Source: Oligoflexia bacterium (GTDB lineage Bacteria; Bdellovibrionota; UBA1018). Taken from it: a DNA stretch of 59,985 nucleotides. The translations under genes were made by a program, and so were the position numbers. The first letter of the stretch is position 1. Each line of letters begins with the position of its first letter. The stretch spans positions 1 through 59,985 of the forward strand of contig JBKCVM010000019.1 in assembly GCA_046317855.1 (NCBI GenBank), read 5' to 3'. This document shows positions 17,246 through 26,745 of the stretch, piece after piece. The notes under the pieces are model-generated. The model did no database searches, had not been told where the DNA came from, and saw only the letters and a program-made list of their open reading frames with translations.

Positions 17246-17877
17246 CTTTGATGGCGGTAGCGCTCGACCTTCTGGAGAAGGCCCTGCAATAGCTCGACCT
17301 GTTTTTTCCAGCGCACTCGATTGCCAGAGCGATCCCCCGCAAAAGCGTCAGTAACTGCCCGAGCCTCAAACTCATGTGCCGCCTCGGGAGCCTTGCGGCC
17401 GGGCATGAGGTCTTTTCGAATCCGGGTGGCACCCTCTTCGTACATTCGGGTCTCAAGCTCATGGACAAGCTCGGCAACCTCGGTATCCAAAGGCGAAAAG
17501 TAGAGGAGCATCTTAAAAGAGGTCAGTGCCTCCTCAGGCAGACCCAGCATGAGGGCCGAATCCGCATAGAGACGCTGCGCAACCAAGTTGTCCGGAACAT
17601 CCCGGACTACCGCACGTAGCTCAGCCATCACATCATCGTACTCTTTGAGGTCAAAGAGAGCCCGCGCCAGAGCCACCCGCCCGCCGACAAACTGCGGATG
17701 AATGCGCAACCCCTCACGAGCAATCTCAACAGCTTCTCGAGCCATTCCTGCTTTGCGATAAGCTTCAGAAAGCGGGGCAAAAATGCGAGAGGTGGGATCC
17801 TCCTGGTACTTTCGGAGGTACTCATAGAGTGCCGGTGAGTAACTTCCCTTAGGGGCCTGCCCTTTTATTACGGACAT
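17242..17877 (-). CDS. TPR domain protein downstream of pilQ
   Basis: Start re-called to ATG 17877 (duplicated GAGAGG upstream). DPTSRIFAPLSEAYRKAG...HPQFVGGRVALARAL TPR pattern. Confidence 0.8.
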   Translation of the reverse strand: MSVIKGQAPKGSYSPALYEYLRKYQEDPTSRIFAPLSEAYRKAGMAREAVEIAREGLRIHPQFVGGRVALARALFDLKEYDDVMAELRAVVRDVPDNLVAQRLYADSALMLGLPEEALTSFKMLLYFSPLDTEVAELVHELETRMYEEGATRIRKDLMPGRKAPEAAHEFEARAVTDAFAGDRSGNRVRWKKQVELLQGLLQKVERYRHQS

Positions 17878-17884
17878 CTCATTT

Positions 17885-17906
17885 GCCTCTCTTGCGCCTC
17901 TCTTGC
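17885..17906. repeat. perfect 11-bp tandem duplication (GCCTCTCTTGC x2)
   Basis: Seen directly; it duplicates the GAGAGG SD-like element on the minus strand. Confidence 0.8.
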
Positions 17907-17920
17907 TTGCCCGCCACTCT

Positions 17921-19846
17921 TTATCCCTGCTCAAGCTCCAAGCTAGGCCCGGGGCTAGACTCTGAGGGTAAACTCTCGCCTGCAGGAGTGGGTCTCGAAA
18001 TCAATTCAGGCTCCTGTGCATTGAGGATTCTAGGAGTGACAAAAATAAACAGCTCGCTCCGGTTATTGGTGTTTTCGCTTCCACCAAAAAGCCACCCCAC
18101 TAGGGGCAAATCCTTAAGGAATGGAAATCCGTTCTTTTTCTTGGTTTCCTCACTTGAATAGATCCCGCCGATCACGAGCGTACTGCCGCTATCCACCAAG
18201 ACCTCAGTCTCGATGTTTCGCGGAGCCACAAGATTATTTAACACAGTATCCCGGCTGATTTTGAGGTTCATCAAGACGCTTCCGATGTTGGTAACCGTGG
18301 GCGTGGCCTCCAAGCTTAGGTTTGCCTGCACAATCCGCTGTGTCACCAGATTGCCTGTCGGGCTGGGTACGGTCTCCTGGATTGTCGTCGGCGTTCCCTT
18401 CACGATTTTGGCCGTCTTTTTATTGAGCACCACCGTCTTGGGAGAGGAGATCACTTTGACCTGCTCTTCTCTTTCGAGCATCGAAATCAGCAAATTCAGC
18501 CGGTCGATTGCAGGTGGCAGAAATGCAATCGAAGGCGAGTAACCAATGCTGCCACCCCGAGGCTGGGGGGTCTGTACGGCTGCCCCCGTAAGCCCGGTGT
18601 TAGCAGGAGCGCTATTGAAGCTTGCCGCATTGCCCCGCCCCTCACCATTGATTCTGCTAAACCCCAACTGCCCGCTGATGGTCTTATTAAAGTCGTCGCT
18701 GGCCTCGACTACTTTGGCTTCAATGAGCACCTGCGGGGTCTGAGTATCCATGAGCTCGATGAGCTTTCGGATCTTTTCAAGATTTTCAAAGGTATCCTGC
18801 ACGATCAGACTATTCGTCCGCTGGTCGACTTGAATGCTTGCTGAGGCAACTCCAACTCCACCAGCCCCCACCCCCGGGGCTGCCCCGGCAACGGCACCCG
18901 CCCCTAAAATCGAAGCGTTGCTTGCAGAAAATGCAGAAAGCACAGATTGCAGCTCTCTAATGTCCGCATAGTTGATCGGAAAAACTCGAGTCATTCGGGG
19001 AGCGCTCCGTTCACTGGCCAACTTGGCCCGCAGAAGCTCCTCCTTCTCGGCAGTGAGGTTGGCCAAAGTCGTGATCCTCAGAACATTATTTTTTCGCTCA
19101 GCTCCAAGTCGTTTTGTGGTCAGCACGACGTCCAGAGCCTGATCCCAGGGCACATCAACAAGTGAGAGAGTGACCTTTCCGCCAACCCCTTCACCTAAGA
19201 TGATATTAAAGCCACTGGCTTCACCGATCATGGTGAGCACATCGGCAAGCGGGGTCTCACGAACCTGGAGCGTGACCGGGCTCCCTGTAAAGCGCTTGCT
19301 GACTTGAGACTCCATGAACTTATCGAGGTTACTCCCTGCACTCGCCTGAGCATCGGACTTGGTCTCAACCGGAGGAGTGATTTGAGTCACTGGGGCGCCT
19401 GGGGCCTTTCGCAACACAACGCGCAAGGTGTTTCCTTCAGCTAAGACTTCGGGCTCCACAAATTGGCGCAACTGGATCACCACACGAGCGGCATTTGTCG
19501 CGCGAGAAGGATCATCCGTGCCACCCCCCTTAAAAGGACTTACGAGTATGACGGGTGCATCAAATGAGCTCGTATCCAAGCGACGCGCGGCCTTGGGTCC
19601 AAACTGGGTTGCGCCCAGACTGATCACGACCTGTTTGTCAGCGGGGTTGTTCTGCGTCTGATACTCCAGAGGGGAGTCTGAACGGAGCAGGACTTCACTC
19701 GTATCAGTGCCGTTTATAAACTCAATTGAGTCAACCGTTGCTGCAAACGTAAATGAAGAAGACAAAGGAACAAGCAGAACTGAAAAAAATACGCTTACTC
19801 CCCACTGCCTTGCTGCCGATCGAAGGTCCTTCTTCATCATGATCAT
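17921..19846 (-). CDS. pilQ: type IV pilus secretin PilQ with N-terminal AMIN-like domain
   Basis: Signal peptide; VTLSLVDVPWDQALD; QVLIEAKVVEA; ETEVLVDSGSTLVIGGI; PFLKDLPLVGWLFG; ELFIFVTPRI. Confidence 0.95.
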   Translation of the reverse strand: MIMMKKDLRSAARQWGVSVFFSVLLVPLSSSFTFAATVDSIEFINGTDTSEVLLRSDSPLEYQTQNNPADKQVVISLGATQFGPKAARRLDTSSFDAPVILVSPFKGGGTDDPSRATNAARVVIQLRQFVEPEVLAEGNTLRVVLRKAPGAPVTQITPPVETKSDAQASAGSNLDKFMESQVSKRFTGSPVTLQVRETPLADVLTMIGEASGFNIILGEGVGGKVTLSLVDVPWDQALDVVLTTKRLGAERKNNVLRITTLANLTAEKEELLRAKLASERSAPRMTRVFPINYADIRELQSVLSAFSASNASILGAGAVAGAAPGVGAGGVGVASASIQVDQRTNSLIVQDTFENLEKIRKLIELMDTQTPQVLIEAKVVEASDDFNKTISGQLGFSRINGEGRGNAASFNSAPANTGLTGAAVQTPQPRGGSIGYSPSIAFLPPAIDRLNLLISMLEREEQVKVISSPKTVVLNKKTAKIVKGTPTTIQETVPSPTGNLVTQRIVQANLSLEATPTVTNIGSVLMNLKISRDTVLNNLVAPRNIETEVLVDSGSTLVIGGIYSSEETKKKNGFPFLKDLPLVGWLFGGSENTNNRSELFIFVTPRILNAQEPELISRPTPAGESLPSESSPGPSLELEQG

Positions 19847-19862
19847 CCCTTCCTGAGAGATC

Positions 19863-20351
19863 TTAATCTGGCTTCACTTCTGCTATGAGCCTCAGTTCCG
19901 TATCCACTGCTTCTTCACGCCCGAGGGCGTTGACCACCTTTTCGCGGACTTTCACTATATTAGCTCGAATCTCACGAATGATCCCTTTGCGAGGGCCAAT
20001 TTTCATTTTTTCAGAGACCAAGTGGGTTTTTCCCTGAGGATCTTGAAGGATTGCCCTGACCCGACCCGTACCGGTGATTGCACCTACCATCTTAAACTGG
20101 TCTACCGCATAGGCCTCGAGCTCACTGAGCGGGGCGGCGACCGCAGCCTCTACAGGGATGGGCCGCTTGAACGGATCCCGAAGTTCGAGCACTTCAGTCT
20201 CGACTGCCTGAGCCGTAACGCTCTGTTGGTCCGAGGGTTGAGGCTCTTCAGACTCTTGCGCCAAGGAAACGACGCTTCCCCCTCCCCATAAAGCAAGAAG
20301 GATCCAAACCTGCACTCCGAGTCCCAGACGCAGCGGGGCCAGACGCATCAC
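19863..20351 (-). CDS. pilP: pilus assembly protein PilP
   Basis: RDPFKRP, PLSELEAYAVDQFKMVG, DPQGKTHLV...GKI; order within pilMNOPQ. Confidence 0.88.
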   Translation of the reverse strand: MMRLAPLRLGLGVQVWILLALWGGGSVVSLAQESEEPQPSDQQSVTAQAVETEVLELRDPFKRPIPVEAAVAAPLSELEAYAVDQFKMVGAITGTGRVRAILQDPQGKTHLVSEKMKIGPRKGIIREIRANIVKVREKVVNALGREEAVDTELRLIAEVKPD

Positions 20352-20968
20352 GAGCCCCCCGGTTTTTCTGCCACTTTGTCCGCCTGCGAGGCCAAATAGG
20401 CAAACGACTTGAGCTCGACCTCACCTTCAAGCTCCACAAAACGAGCGGCCGCGCTTGAAATCGGTGAAATCTTGAATTGATCCAGACGGACGAGCCTCTG
20501 CATGCTGGCAATACGTCCCATGAAAGTGACCACTTGAGGATAGAAGCCCCGAAATTTCAATGAAAACGGAAATTCTCGGTAAAACTCGGTATCAGCCTTT
20601 GGCTTAGGGCGTATCGCAAGCACCGTAAGTCCTGTGCGCTTAGCCTCGGTTACTACGTTTCTTGTAAACTCCGGAACATCTACTCGATCGGTGAGGGTGG
20701 TCCTGAGCTCGAGTAACTTTCCAGAGAGCCCAGCCACTTCGACCTTCTTGGTTTCGAGCGCTTTTACAAAATCTAGGATCTCTTTGTTTTTCTTTTCAAG
20801 AATTGCGATTTCTTTCTTGGCCAGTTCGAGCTGGCCCTTCTTTAGAGAGTAATCAGAGTCTGGTGCTGTCTCAAACTGATGCAACTGATAGTAACTCCAG
20901 CCGGAATACAAAACCACGGCTGGAAGCGCCAGAGATCGGAGTAGAGAAATGAGACTCATGCCTTCCAT
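20348..20968 (-). CDS. pilO: type IVa pilus assembly protein PilO
   Basis: TM plus coiled coil; EFYREFPFSLKFRGFYPQVVTFM...RLVRL; operon order. Confidence 0.88.
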   Translation of the reverse strand: MEGMSLISLLRSLALPAVVLYSGWSYYQLHQFETAPDSDYSLKKGQLELAKKEIAILEKKNKEILDFVKALETKKVEVAGLSGKLLELRTTLTDRVDVPEFTRNVVTEAKRTGLTVLAIRPKPKADTEFYREFPFSLKFRGFYPQVVTFMGRIASMQRLVRLDQFKISPISSAAARFVELEGEVELKSFAYLASQADKVAEKPGGS

Positions 20969-20975
20969 GGACTGT

Positions 20976-21620
20976 TTACTTTCTCCTCGCCTTCAGCTCA
21001 AAGAAGACAACGGGGCGGCCCGCCTCATCCTTCTGATTGGTAACGTCCTGCTGTTGTACATCCGCAATCAGTTCTGATTCTGAGAGCTTTTTGGTGAAGT
21101 CCGAAACTTGGTTGAAATCGAGAGCAGCGCCTTGAAAGTCGACATCTTGCCCCTGCATCGAGATTCCTCTCAGCCAAGCCTCAGGAGGAATGGCTCCAGA
21201 GATCATTTTAAGGAGCCTCACGTTTAAATCCCTACCCTCACTCAGCTTCACAATGGTCTCAAGTTTAAGCCGAATGACTTTCTCGTCCGAATCAAGGGAC
21301 TTCTTAATTTCATCGTACTCTTTGGTCTTGGTGAGTGAGGCCTGCAACTCAGCCTTGCGAGCTTGGAGTTTCTGATTCTCCTCAACCACTTTGGATAAAA
21401 GCGCAGATTTTTGTCCCTCGACTGTATAGTTCACCCCAAAAATCACAATCGCAGAGAGCAAAACCACCTTGAGCGGACCTGCAGCCATTTCAGAAAGCGC
21501 TGATCCAGACCCCGAGCCGACGCCAGTCAGCGCTGACAAAGCGGACATCGAAGTCGTCGACGTCCCAGACGCAGTCGTAATGTGCGAAGTCTTTTTAAGC
21601 GCCAAATTGATCTTAATCAT
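20976..21620 (-). CDS. pilN: type IVa pilus assembly protein PilN
   Basis: MIKINL N-terminal motif, TM, coiled coil, IPPEAWLRGI, QGAALDFNQVSDF. Confidence 0.9.
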   Translation of the reverse strand: MIKINLALKKTSHITTASGTSTTSMSALSALTGVGSGSGSALSEMAAGPLKVVLLSAIVIFGVNYTVEGQKSALLSKVVEENQKLQARKAELQASLTKTKEYDEIKKSLDSDEKVIRLKLETIVKLSEGRDLNVRLLKMISGAIPPEAWLRGISMQGQDVDFQGAALDFNQVSDFTKKLSESELIADVQQQDVTNQKDEAGRPVVFFELKARRK

Positions 21621-22696
21621 TTGGCTGCTCCTGCTCTAAATGCCAGGCCGATCGGCACCGCCGCCACTGGGCCGATAGAAGCAACATATTCTGCCGTGAA
21701 CATGGCCGGATCATACGAAATAGCATTAAAAGGATTCATGATCTGCGTTGGCAAACCGGCAATCTCCTCGACCACGCGCGAGAGATGAGGCACCTGGGCC
21801 GAACCCCCGCAGAGCACTAAGTAATTGACCGGCGGACCACTTGAGGATGCGGAGTAGAAATCCAAAGTGCGCTTGATCTCCCGAGCCACATTTTCAGCGT
21901 AGACCTGAGTGAGGTCATTTACCTCTTGCGGCACGACTCCACCGGATGCCCCGGTTTTGAGTGTCTCGGCGTCAGCAAACGGGAGATTGAGATGCCTCTG
22001 AATTTCGGCGGTGAGATTCATTCCGCCCAAAGCACTGTCCTTAGTGAAGACCGGAGCGCCATCATGCAAGATCGCTACTTTAGTGGAGGTGGCGCCGATA
22101 TCAATGATGGCTGCTGCCTCACCGGGCTGAAGCGGGTAATTGAACTCAAATGCGTTCTGAATAGCAAAGTAATCCACATCCATGATCGCAGGCTCAAGTC
22201 CCGCATCTGAAATACAAGCCATGTACGACTCAAGAATAGAACGCTTAATGGCCACCAAAAGAACGTCCGCTCGCTTTTCTTTTGAATAAGAAAGCAATTG
22301 ATAGTCCATGACGACTTCGGACGCATCAAATGGCAAATACTGTTCTGCCTCCCAGAAGACTTGATCCTGCAGCTCCTTAATATTGGGGGCCTCAATCTGC
22401 ATGCGCTTGATGATGCAAGAATTTCCTGAAATCGAGGCGCAAACCTTACGAGTCTTGAGCTGCATGGCTCCCACCAGTTGACGGAGGTGTTCGGTCACCG
22501 CAACGGGATTCACAATTTCTCGATTCACAATCGCATCTTGCGGAAGAGCCACCATTCCAAAATGCAAAAGCCTAGTATTGCTCTTTGAACCACCGAGCTC
22601 TACGAGCTTGATTGCGGACGAGCCGATGCTTAGCCCGATTGAGGACTTGGGAGCACCTGAAAAAAGTCCACTGAAGATTGACGCAATCCCTGCCAC
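21617..22696 (-). CDS. pilM: type IVa pilus assembly protein PilM (actin-like)
   Basis: Start re-called to GTG 22696. IGLSIGSSAIKLVEL, EAEQYLPF, IIDIGATST, LCGGSA, VPIGLA. Confidence 0.93.
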   Translation of the reverse strand: MAGIASIFSGLFSGAPKSSIGLSIGSSAIKLVELGGSKSNTRLLHFGMVALPQDAIVNREIVNPVAVTEHLRQLVGAMQLKTRKVCASISGNSCIIKRMQIEAPNIKELQDQVFWEAEQYLPFDASEVVMDYQLLSYSKEKRADVLLVAIKRSILESYMACISDAGLEPAIMDVDYFAIQNAFEFNYPLQPGEAAAIIDIGATSTKVAILHDGAPVFTKDSALGGMNLTAEIQRHLNLPFADAETLKTGASGGVVPQEVNDLTQVYAENVAREIKRTLDFYSASSSGPPVNYLVLCGGSAQVPHLSRVVEEIAGLPTQIMNPFNAISYDPAMFTAEYVASIGPVAAVPIGLAFRAGAAK

Positions 22697-22728
22697 GCCG
22701 CCTGCTTTCTCAAAATGAATACTGTTAA

Positions 22729-22756
22729 AGTTTACCGCGCTGGGCAAAACCTTCAA
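22729..22756 (-). promoter_or_regulatory. candidate sigma70 promoter for pilMNOPQ
   Basis: TTGAAG-N16-TAAACT in the gap upstream of pilM. Confidence 0.5.
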
Positions 22757-22766
22757 CTGATCGCAG

Positions 22767-23432
22767 CTATTCGAAGGAGATTTCTGCCGAGGGTCCCCGA
22801 AGCAGGAGAATGGCATGCCGCTCGATGTCGACCGTCAATGCTTTGTCGGTTTGTGGCAGGTCCTTTCCTATAGAGTCCGGTTCTAGAGATTCACCCAGTG
22901 CAGGAACAATCACAAATCCAGCAACACTCTCCATCTGGGGAGTTTGACTGCTCCCAGCATAAGGATCGTAGCAGAATTCTTGGAGGAGGCCGGTGATCCC
23001 AAGCTCCCGACCTCGCCCCGGATCCAACCAAACCAAGCGGTCGCGACGGGGGTCTTCGGCCAACAGGCGTACCATCCGGTCGAGTTCAAATTTTCCAGAT
23101 TTACAATCTTGTCCCCACTCCACCTTAAGGAGGAGCGGCTCGCTCGGATCAATAGTCACCCTCAGAGCCTGCTTTCTCTCTCCGGCTTGGCGCTTCATCC
23201 GGCCTACCTGCTCTGCCAGCTCTCGTGTCGCCTTAAGTGCCAACCACTGCGGGCTCCGGTCTATCACGATCGGAATCGCCGATAGTCCAATAAAAACGAG
23301 GAGCCCCCCCAGCAGGGCCCACCGTTTTTTGCGCCTCAATCTTGCCTCGCGCTTTTCCCAGAGCTCGTAGTGTTCCCACTCTGCCTTGGACCAGCGCTCT
23401 TCTGGAGAATCTGTCTCATGAATTGGGCACAT
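22767..23432 (-). CDS. membrane-anchored FimT/GspH-like protein lacking a prepilin cleavage site
   Basis: Charged N-terminus, one TM, then ATRELAEQVGRMKRQAGERKQALRV, resembling the FimT/GspH alpha1-C pattern; two Cys. Confidence 0.55.
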   Translation of the reverse strand: MCPIHETDSPEERWSKAEWEHYELWEKREARLRRKKRWALLGGLLVFIGLSAIPIVIDRSPQWLALKATRELAEQVGRMKRQAGERKQALRVTIDPSEPLLLKVEWGQDCKSGKFELDRMVRLLAEDPRRDRLVWLDPGRGRELGITGLLQEFCYDPYAGSSQTPQMESVAGFVIVPALGESLEPDSIGKDLPQTDKALTVDIERHAILLLRGPSAEISFE

Positions 23433-23437
23433 TTGTT

Positions 23438-24217
23438 TTAGAGCTGGAGCGGTAACCCCAGCACATCTCCTAGAAGGTAAACATACAAAGCTGCGACTAC
23501 TAAAAAGGGACCAAATGGAATCGCCACCTGCATGAGTGGGTCTTGTCCGCCCCGCGATCTTAAAAATACGGCGTAGCCCAGGCCCACGACACTTCCGGCA
23601 AGCGAGCTGACTAAAATAATATGAAACACAGCCAACGGTCCCATGAACGCACCCAACATAGCGAGCAGCTTTACATCACCCCCGCCAAGGCCTACCCGTC
23701 CCTTGGCCTTGAAGTAAGCCCAAGAGAGTAAACCAAAAGTTGCGTACCCCAAGCCAGCGCCCACGACTGACGAAACCATCCCCAGACCAGGAACCCAGTA
23801 AGAGGTTGCGAGGCCCAAAGCAAGCCCTCCCAGACTCAACTCATCTGGAATGATTCGGTGCTCCAAATCAATGAAAGTGATCGCCACCAACAAAGCTACA
23901 AATGGCCAGTCCCGTACGGGAACAAGCCAATGGGGGCCAAATTTGGTGATCACTGCGACAAAGAGCGTGGCAGTTAGAATCTCGATTACTGGATACCTCA
24001 CGGAGATTGCGGCGCTACACGCTCGACACTTGCCTCTCAGCAATAAGTAGCTGAGCACGGGGATGTTGTCGTACCACAGAATGCCAGCACCACAACTCGA
24101 GCAGCGACTGCGAGGGCTCACCACCGAATGCCCCTGAGGCAGTCTCGCCACAACAACGTTCAAAAAACTCCCAATGACCAGTCCAAAAGCTAAACCAAAA
24201 AATTTAAGAAAAATCAC
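23438..24217 (-). CDS. pilD: prepilin peptidase/N-methyltransferase
   Basis: Start re-called to GTG 24217 (GGAGG SD). GSFLNVVVARLP, two CxxC, DLEHRIIPD, GGGDVKL, IPFGPFL. Confidence 0.96.
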   Translation of the reverse strand: MIFLKFFGLAFGLVIGSFLNVVVARLPQGHSVVSPRSRCSSCGAGILWYDNIPVLSYLLLRGKCRACSAAISVRYPVIEILTATLFVAVITKFGPHWLVPVRDWPFVALLVAITFIDLEHRIIPDELSLGGLALGLATSYWVPGLGMVSSVVGAGLGYATFGLLSWAYFKAKGRVGLGGGDVKLLAMLGAFMGPLAVFHIILVSSLAGSVVGLGYAVFLRSRGGQDPLMQVAIPFGPFLVVAALYVYLLGDVLGLPLQL

Positions 24218-24218
24218 G

Positions 24219-25091
24219 TTAAGACTCCCTCCGCTCAAGGAGCAGCCCGGCAAGCACCAAGAGCAGCAGCGCCCAGGCGCCCGCATAGAGCACCCCATTC
24301 AAGAGGTAGCTGGGAGCAATCGGAAGTCCGTAAGTGACCTTCAGACCTAGATTGAAATGCTCAAAGTTGGGAACCGCCATCGAAACTGCATTGAGCATCC
24401 CTTTGACGAGTATCGACTGTTGCTTGACTGCGAGTATCCTCAGCTGCGAACAGTTAATTCCGACCAAGTAAGTGCCCAAAGTCATCATGACTGCGAGGGA
24501 AGTAGTCGAAAAGCTCGAAAAGAAAATCGCCACTGCAGCAAGCACCAGCGACTGAAGAGCCAGCAAAACCAGCGCCCAGCCGACCGTGGGCGTGACTGGA
24601 GACTGGCCCTCTGACAAAAGGTGCAGGACCAGCAAATAGCCTCCTGATAGCAGAGCTGAGTTCAAAAGAAGGACCCACTTGAGTCCAGTAAATTTTCCGA
24701 GCAAAAATTGCAGACGAGTGATGGGGCGGGTCAGCGCCACCAAGATCGTTCGACGTTCAAACTCCCTGGCCAGCATGGCGGAACCCACGAGCACCGACAA
24801 CAGGCCGTTGCTCAAGGCAATTGCAGTGAGGCCGAAGTCCAGGACCACCCGCTCGGGCCGGATGAAGGTCACGCGCGAAGCAAGCACGCCCACGCCGAAC
24901 AAAAGCAGGCTGATCACCACTGTGTTGTAGAGCACCTTGTCTCTTAGAATCTCACGAAAAGTCACACTCCCCACAGCAAGCACGACTCTCAAAAAAGATG
25001 CTGGGCGCGCAGTTTGGACTGAAGGCGATCTTAAAGATGAGGATGCCGGGTGCACACCACGGATTTTGTAGGATGATCGGACCTCGGGCAA
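24219..25091 (-). CDS. pilI: ABC transporter permease, PilI-like
   Basis: TFREILRDKVLY, REFERRTILVALTRPITR..FLLGK, PNFEHFNL; multiple TMs. Start uncertain (TTG 25091 or GTG 25055). Confidence 0.82.
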   Translation of the reverse strand: MPEVRSSYKIRGVHPASSSLRSPSVQTARPASFLRVVLAVGSVTFREILRDKVLYNTVVISLLLFGVGVLASRVTFIRPERVVLDFGLTAIALSNGLLSVLVGSAMLAREFERRTILVALTRPITRLQFLLGKFTGLKWVLLLNSALLSGGYLLVLHLLSEGQSPVTPTVGWALVLLALQSLVLAAVAIFFSSFSTTSLAVMMTLGTYLVGINCSQLRILAVKQQSILVKGMLNAVSMAVPNFEHFNLGLKVTYGLPIAPSYLLNGVLYAGAWALLLLVLAGLLLERRES

Positions 25092-25136
25092 TCCCCTTTT
25101 TTTACGAATAGTTTTTGGCTACTCTCGGAGCTCAAC

Positions 25137-26048
25137 ATGCTCGAGATCTCACACGTATCGCAAGCGTTTCGGAGCGGCTTCTGGCTCAAACTCGTGCCCG
25201 TTCTGCACGATGTTTCGCTCACGGTACCCAAGGGCTCGATCACTGGATTTTTGGGTCCAAATGGTGCCGGAAAAACCACGTTGATTCATCTCATCATGTC
25301 AATTCGTAGGCCTCGCGCCGGCCGACTCACCTTGGCTGGTATGGATGTGTCCAAACCCGAGGCCAGGCTCAAGATGGGATACCTGCCCGAGCGACCGTAT
25401 TTTTACGAACACCTGACAGGCGAGCAGCTCTTATACTTTTTTGGCAGGCTCTCAGGGCTCCCAGACGGCGAGATCGCTTCTCGCATTCCAGCGGTTCTTG
25501 ATCGGGTGGGCATGTCCCATGCCCGGAACAAAGAACTCAGAGCCTACTCCAAGGGCATGCTCCAACGCATCGGCATTGCACAGGCCATTTTGGGCGACCC
25601 CGAATTTTTGGTGCTCGATGAACCCATGAGCGGACTCGATCCTTTTGGGCGTAAAGAAATCCGGGAGCTCATCACCGACCTCGGTGCCGAGGGGCGCACT
25701 ATTTTTTTCAGCTCGCACATCATTCCGGACGTTGAGTCCATCTGTGACCGGGTTGCCCTCATCCAAAAGGGACGCCTCATCGGGAGTGGGCCCATCCGTA
25801 AACTTCTGGGCCGCGATGCGCAGTCGATCGAAGTCGCATTTTTTGGGTTGGACGAGGCCTCAGCAAAGGGTGTGGCCCCGCAAGGCTGGATCCGGCTCCA
25901 GAAAACGCCTGATGGCCTCTGGCGTGGTTACCTTGAAAAGGCGGACCAAGTGAACCCAACAGCCCAGAAGATTCTGTCGACTGGAGGAGCATTAGTTGAA
26001 ATCACGCCACAGCGTCCATCCCTTGAGGAATGGTTCACCCGCGCGTAG
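25137..26048 (+). CDS. pilH: ABC transporter ATP-binding protein, PilH-like
   Basis: Walker A GPNGAGKT, signature YSKGMLQR, LVLDEPMSGLDP, SSH. Located in the pil cluster but on the opposite strand. Confidence 0.88.
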   Translation: MLEISHVSQAFRSGFWLKLVPVLHDVSLTVPKGSITGFLGPNGAGKTTLIHLIMSIRRPRAGRLTLAGMDVSKPEARLKMGYLPERPYFYEHLTGEQLLYFFGRLSGLPDGEIASRIPAVLDRVGMSHARNKELRAYSKGMLQRIGIAQAILGDPEFLVLDEPMSGLDPFGRKEIRELITDLGAEGRTIFFSSHIIPDVESICDRVALIQKGRLIGSGPIRKLLGRDAQSIEVAFFGLDEASAKGVAPQGWIRLQKTPDGLWRGYLEKADQVNPTAQKILSTGGALVEITPQRPSLEEWFTRA

Positions 26049-26052
26049 CTTC

Positions 26053-26092
26053 AAAAATAAGGGGCCCCTCTAGCTTTCGCCAGAGAGGCCCC
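26053..26092 (-). terminator. Rho-independent terminator of pilA
   Basis: Minus-strand RNA GGGGCCUCUCUGGC-GAAA-GCUAGAGGGGCCCC forms a 14-bp stem (two GU pairs), followed by UUAUUUUU. Confidence 0.88.
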
Positions 26093-26114
26093 AAATCTTC
26101 ATACAAACTGCTTT

Positions 26115-26675
26115 TTAGCGACAGTCCGTACCAGTGACAGAACAGGTATTATTGACAACCTGAAGTTCATTAATCGTAAATTGGTCGAGATTAGCCGTTG
26201 CAGCCTTTGTTAAATTGGCGATGGCGCCCATGACAAAAGTGGATGCCCCCGTCGCAGCATTACCATGCGCTGTGGCAAGCGCTGTAGCGGTCATAGCTGT
26301 GTCAGTATCCGTCTGTGAAAAGAAGGTTTCATTAACCGTTGCAGCATTACAGGTAGATCCATTTGTTACTGCTGTGGCGTAGGCGTTTCCAACCATGTAA
26401 AGTCTCCTGCCAGCAGGAGCCGCAACACCGATGGCAGCCAGGCAGTCCGTATAACCGATTGCAGTCGGCTCGACCCTCCAAGCTTGCTCCGCCGTAAAAA
26501 TCGCACCCAGAGCCACCTTGGCTTCACTCTGCTTCGCTTTGTTCTGAAACTTTGAATACTGCGGCACCGCTACAGCTGCCAAGATCCCAATGATCGCCAC
26601 CACCACCATCAGCTCGATTAAGCTGAAACCCGAGTGGTTAGATTTTAATTTGAAATTTTGCGTAGAAATCTTCAT
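26115..26675 (-). CDS. pilA: type IVa major pilin
   Basis: Start re-called to ATG 26675 (GGAGAGGGG SD). Class III signal ...NHSG|FSLIELMVVVAIIGILAAVAVP with E5; KAKQSEAK; four Cys; about 170-aa mature pilin with its own terminator. Confidence 0.96.
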   Translation of the reverse strand: MKISTQNFKLKSNHSGFSLIELMVVVAIIGILAAVAVPQYSKFQNKAKQSEAKVALGAIFTAEQAWRVEPTAIGYTDCLAAIGVAAPAGRRLYMVGNAYATAVTNGSTCNAATVNETFFSQTDTDTAMTATALATAHGNAATGASTFVMGAIANLTKAATANLDQFTINELQVVNNTCSVTGTDCR

Positions 26676-26717
26676 ACGTTCCCCTCTCCAAGGACATTGC
26701 CCAAAGGTTATTTCAAT

Positions 26718-26745
26718 ATGGTACACCCGACCCCTTGAAAAACAA
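26718..26745 (-). promoter_or_regulatory. candidate sigma70-like promoter for pilA
   Basis: TTGTTT-N16-TACCAT. No GG-N10-GC sigma54 motif was found in the pilA-pilG gap. Confidence 0.35.

Noticed and set aside
26115-26675. PilA as a conductive (Geobacter-type) short pilin
   Set aside because: Mature pilin is about 170 aa with a full globular head and modest aromatic content.
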